This document shows positions 60,802 to 64,000 of a stretch of DNA of 64,000 bases, piece after piece (position 1 is the stretch's first letter; every line of letters starts with the position of its first letter). The stretch lies in NCBI GenBank assembly GCA_002269645.1, contig NIVC01002124.1, positions 1 through 64,000 on the forward strand, read 5' to 3'. The notes under the pieces were generated by a model. It was not told where the DNA came from. It was given only the letters and a program-made list of their open reading frames with translations, and ran no database searches. This stretch comes from Macrostomum lignano. Taxonomy: Eukaryota. Made by a program: the position numbers and the translations under genes.

Positions 60802-63800
60802 GCTCTTTCTGCTTCTATTTTGTTTCTCTGGCACTCAAGCCATTGCCATTGTTCTCAGCCTCTTCGTCTCTCACTGAATCCGCCTGCAGGCATCGAAGTG
60901 CCCGCCCTGCTCGAACTCTACGGCGAGTATTTTCTAACGTACGCCATTCGCATGAACTTCGCCTCCATGATCCGGTCGCTGGGAGACGATCTGAGCACCT
61001 TCATAGTTAACCTGGACTCGCTGCACAACCTGCTGCAGCTCACCTATACCGAAATGGTTCCGCCATCGTTTCTGTGAGTCCGACTCAAAAATAAACCCGT
61101 TAGCCTTCAGATGCGCCGCGCAATAGCTGCGGCTGAGCTGTCGGTTGCACATCTGCCCATTAGGACAGGTGTAATCAATTATTATTATTGTTGACGTTCC
61201 AGAAATGCATTTAATTGAAGTCTTTTAGGGTACTTTCTCCGCGAATAAATCGCCAATCCCTCCAACTATTTTCTAGTGGCGAGAGCGGCGGCCCAGTCAT
61301 GCTGGTCACTTATAACAGTACGCGAAGGGGCCTGTACCCCATTGCGGTTGGTGAGTCTCCTTTGTCAGCCACTGTCAAGTCTCTCTTGTCAGCCACTATC
61401 AAGTCTCCTTTGTCAGCCACTGTCAAGCCTCCTTTGTCAGCCAGCCACAGTCAAGTCTCCCTTGTCAGCCACTGTCAAGTCTCTTGTCAGACAGTCACTG
61501 TCAAGTCTCCCTTGTCAGCCAATATCAAGTCTCCCTTGTCAGCCAATGTCAAGTCTCCTTTCTCAGCCAATGTCAAGTCTCACTTGTCAGCCAATGTCAA
61601 GTCTTCCTTGTCAGCCACTCTGTCAAGTTTCTTGTCAGACAGCCACTGTCAAGTCTCCTTTCTCAGCCACTATCAAGTCTCCTTTGTCAGCCACTATCAA
61701 GTCTCCTTTCTCAGCCACTGTCAAGTCTCCTTTCTCAGGCACTATCAAGTCTCCTTTCTCAGCCACTATCAAGTCTCCTTTCTCAGGCACTATCAAGTCT
61801 CCTTTCTCAGCCTCTATCAAGTCTCCTTTCTCAGGCACTATCAAGTCTCCTTTCTCAGGCACTGTCAAGTCTCCTTTCTCAGCCACTATCAAGTCTCCTT
61901 TCTCAGCCACTATCAAGTCTCCTTTCTCAGGCACTATCAAGTCTCCTTTCTCAGCCACTGTCAAGTCTCCTTTCTCAGCCACTGTCAAGTCTCCTTTCTC
62001 AGCCACTGTCAAGTCTCCTTTCTCAGCCACTGTCAAGTCTCCTTTCTCAGCCACTGTCAAGTCTCCTTTCTCAGCCACTGTCAAGTCTCCTTTCTCAGCC
62101 ACTGTCAAGTCTCCTTTCTCAGCCACTGTCAAGTCTCCTTTCTCAGCCACTGTCAAGTTTCTTTTGTCAGACAGCCACTCCCTACAGCCTTCTACTGTAA
62201 GCAGCAGCCGCTCGAGGACTTCTAGACTAAAACGTATTCCTAGTAGTCCTTTGCAGCCAGCGGTAGTTCTGATGCAAACTACACCTGGAATCAACGCGCC
62301 CGCAGGTCTGCTCCGCGCGGTGGCTGCCCAAATCTACAACCAAGTCGTGGAAATCGTGGCCAAAAAGACAAATACTGAATTTCCAGAGGGCACAGCCTAC
62401 GTTGAACAGGTGCTCCTCGAGATACGAGTTGTGAGCGACTCCGCCGACTCGCCGAGTCCCCTGCCGTCGCGAAGCATCGAGCAAGAGTCCGAAGGCATCC
62501 TGGCCGAGTGCGCCGGGCCGCAACCGTTGCTAAGCAACGCTCAGCTGACCAGCCTGCTGCCCTACCACCTGGTGCTGGACAGGCAGATGCGGATTGTGCA
62601 GTGCGGCAGGAAGCTGCGCCAGTTCAACTCCGGCATCCGGCCGGGCGCCGCGTTCGGCGAAGCCTTCAGCATCGCCAATCCGCTGGTTGGCGCCGAGTTC
62701 GCCGAGATTCTGCGCTTCATCAACTCGGCCTTCACGCTGGCCTTCCGGAGGCTGCACACGTTGGAGCAGAGCAAACAGGTGGTGCCGCGAACGATATTCG
62801 TGAAAGGTGCGCTGGTGGGCGTTGGTGGATATCAGCTGGTCAAGTTTAGTCACGTGACTGTAGATCAGTGTCAGCTGGTCAAGTTTAGTCACGTGACTGT
62901 AGATCAGTGTCAGCTGGTCAAGTTTAGTCACGTGACTGTAGATCAGTGTCAGCTGGTCAAGTTTAGTCACGTGACTGTAGATCAGTGTCAGCTGGTCAAG
63001 TTTAGTCACGTGACTGTAGATCAGTGTCAGCTGGTCAAGTTTAGTCACGTGACTGTAGATCAGTGTCAGCTGGTCAAGTTTAGTCACGTGACTGTAGATC
63101 AGTGTCAGCTGGTCAAGTTTAGTCACGTGACTGTAGATCAGTGTCAGCTGGTCAAGTTTAGTCACGTGACTGTAGATCAGTGTCAGCTGGTCATATTTAG
63201 TCACGTGACTGTAGATCAGTGTCAGCTGGTCATGTTTAGTCACGTGACTGTAGATCAGTGTCAGCTGGTCATGTTTAGTCATGTGACTGTAGATCAGTGT
63301 CAGCCGGTTATTTCTAGTCACGTGACTGTAGATCAGTGTCAGCTGGTCATGTTTAGTCACGTGACTGTAGATCAGTGTCAGCTGGTCATGTTTAGTCATG
63401 TGACTGTAGATCAGTGTCAGCCGGTTATTTCTAGTCACGTGACTGTAGATCAGTGTCAGCTGGTCATGTTTAGTCACGTGACTGTAGATCAGTGTCAGCT
63501 GGTCATATTTAGTCACGTGACTGTAGATCAGTGTCAGCTGGTCATGTTTAGTCATGTGACTGTAGATCAGTGTCAGCCGGTTATTTCTAGTCACGTGACT
63601 GTAGATCAGTGTCAGCTGGTCATGTTTAGTCACGTGACTGTAGATCAGTGTCAGCTGGTCATATTTAGTCATGTGACTGTAGATCAGTGTCAGCCGGTTA
63701 TTTCTAGTCACGTGACTGTAGATCAGTGTCAGCTGGTCATGTTTAGTCACGTGACTGTAGATCAGTGTCAGCTGGTCATATTTAGTCACGTGACTGTAGA

Positions 63801-64000
63801 TCAGTGTCAGCTGGTCATATTTAATCACGTGACTGTAGATCAGTGTCAGCTGGTCATATTTAGTCACGTGATTGTAGATCAGTGTCAGCTGGTCACGTGT
63901 CTTACATTTTACCTGGAACAGGCCAGATGCGCCACCTGGCCGAGCCGGACCTCCTGGTGTTCCTGGGCTCTCTGCGGGTGGCCAACCTGGACCAGATGCA
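54318..64000 (+). CDS. Soluble (H-NOX) guanylate cyclase subunit, 5' part; runs off the window
   Basis: Exons 54318-20 (ATG|gtgagt), 55609-55682, 55780-55880, 60890-61073, 61277-61350, 62306-62806 and 63922->64000 are phase-consistent. Translation MFGHIHFCAKQMVLEKF.., NLDSLH (His105), YNSTR (YxSxR), LLPYHLVLDRQMRIVQCG, KGQMRHL..VFLGS. Confidence 0.92.
54707..55124. mobile_element. MITE-like element in sGC intron 1
   Basis: Perfect 23-bp inverted repeat CATTATTCTATGGCCTACCCGAG at 54707-54729 and 55102-55124. Internal CCATAGAC/GTCTATGG motifs. Confidence 0.6.
55937..56405. repeat. 31-bp minisatellite, left part
   Basis: GATGTACCGTCACTCTTCCCTGCGGGTCTGT x~15. Confidence 0.95.
56492..59986 (+). 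mobile_element. Defective P-superfamily (THAP9-like) transposon with ~83-bp TIRs, inside sGC intron 3
   Basis: TIRs CAAGGACTACTTA..GTCTATGG at 56492-56574 and 59904-59986, 5 mismatches. THAP remnants MPMKCCIPGC..FGFP (56701) and GVCKNH..PPSIF. Core IVFDEVYVQP, ICDNHFTN, YDSVHLMKNIRNNW, QSDRLEGEFS. Apparent GT-AG introns and several stops and frameshifts. Confidence 0.88.
60010..60306. repeat. 31-bp minisatellite, right part (same orientation as the left part)
   Basis: GATGTACCGTCACTCTTCCCTGTGGGTCT(G/T)T units. Confidence 0.92.
60661..60800. repeat. (TCTG)n microsatellite
   Basis: Long gtct/ctgt run. Confidence 0.95.
61355..62175. repeat. 24-bp minisatellite in sGC intron 5
   Basis: CAAGTCTCCTTTCTCAGCCACTGT tandem copies beginning at the splice donor. 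Confidence 0.95.
62826..63897. repeat. 39-bp minisatellite in sGC intron 6
   Basis: GTCACGTGACTGTAGATCAGTGTCAGCTGGTCAWRTTTA x~27. Explains the 13-aa periodic ORF 62530-63867. Confidence 0.96.

Noticed and set aside
61000-61060. Apparent loss of the sGC haem-ligating His (NLDSLHNL vs NLDALHDH)
   Set aside because: beta1 His105 is the first His, which is conserved. Only the His107 equivalent differs.

Overview
Eukaryotic, intron-containing metazoan genomic DNA. GC-rich polyQ-bearing exons, minisatellite-filled introns and acceptor-like AGs just before start codons suggest a free-living flatworm such as Macrostomum (inference, not verified). The left arm carries six minus-strand genes: myosin essential light chain, ATRIP, SRBD1, AIMP3/EEF1E1, a tetraspanin and DUS2 exon 1. 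A plus-strand LicD-family gene lies downstream of DUS2 exon 1. The right arm carries five plus-strand genes: YAE1-like overlapping TGS1, H2A.Z, MCM4 and an H-NOX soluble guanylate cyclase that runs off the window. Between the arms is a ~16 kb AT-rich, CpG-poor block of decayed repeats, containing an intact DD37D (maT) transposon nested in a dead Tc1 and a 5'-truncated LINE. A degenerate mariner sits in the LicD intron, and a defective intron-containing THAP/P element sits in an sGC intron. The most notable observations are the overlapping YAE1-TGS1 ORFs, the divergent single-strand gene runs, the CpG-depleted block and the rearranged P-element end. All splice models were derived by hand from GT-AG sites with reading-frame checks.
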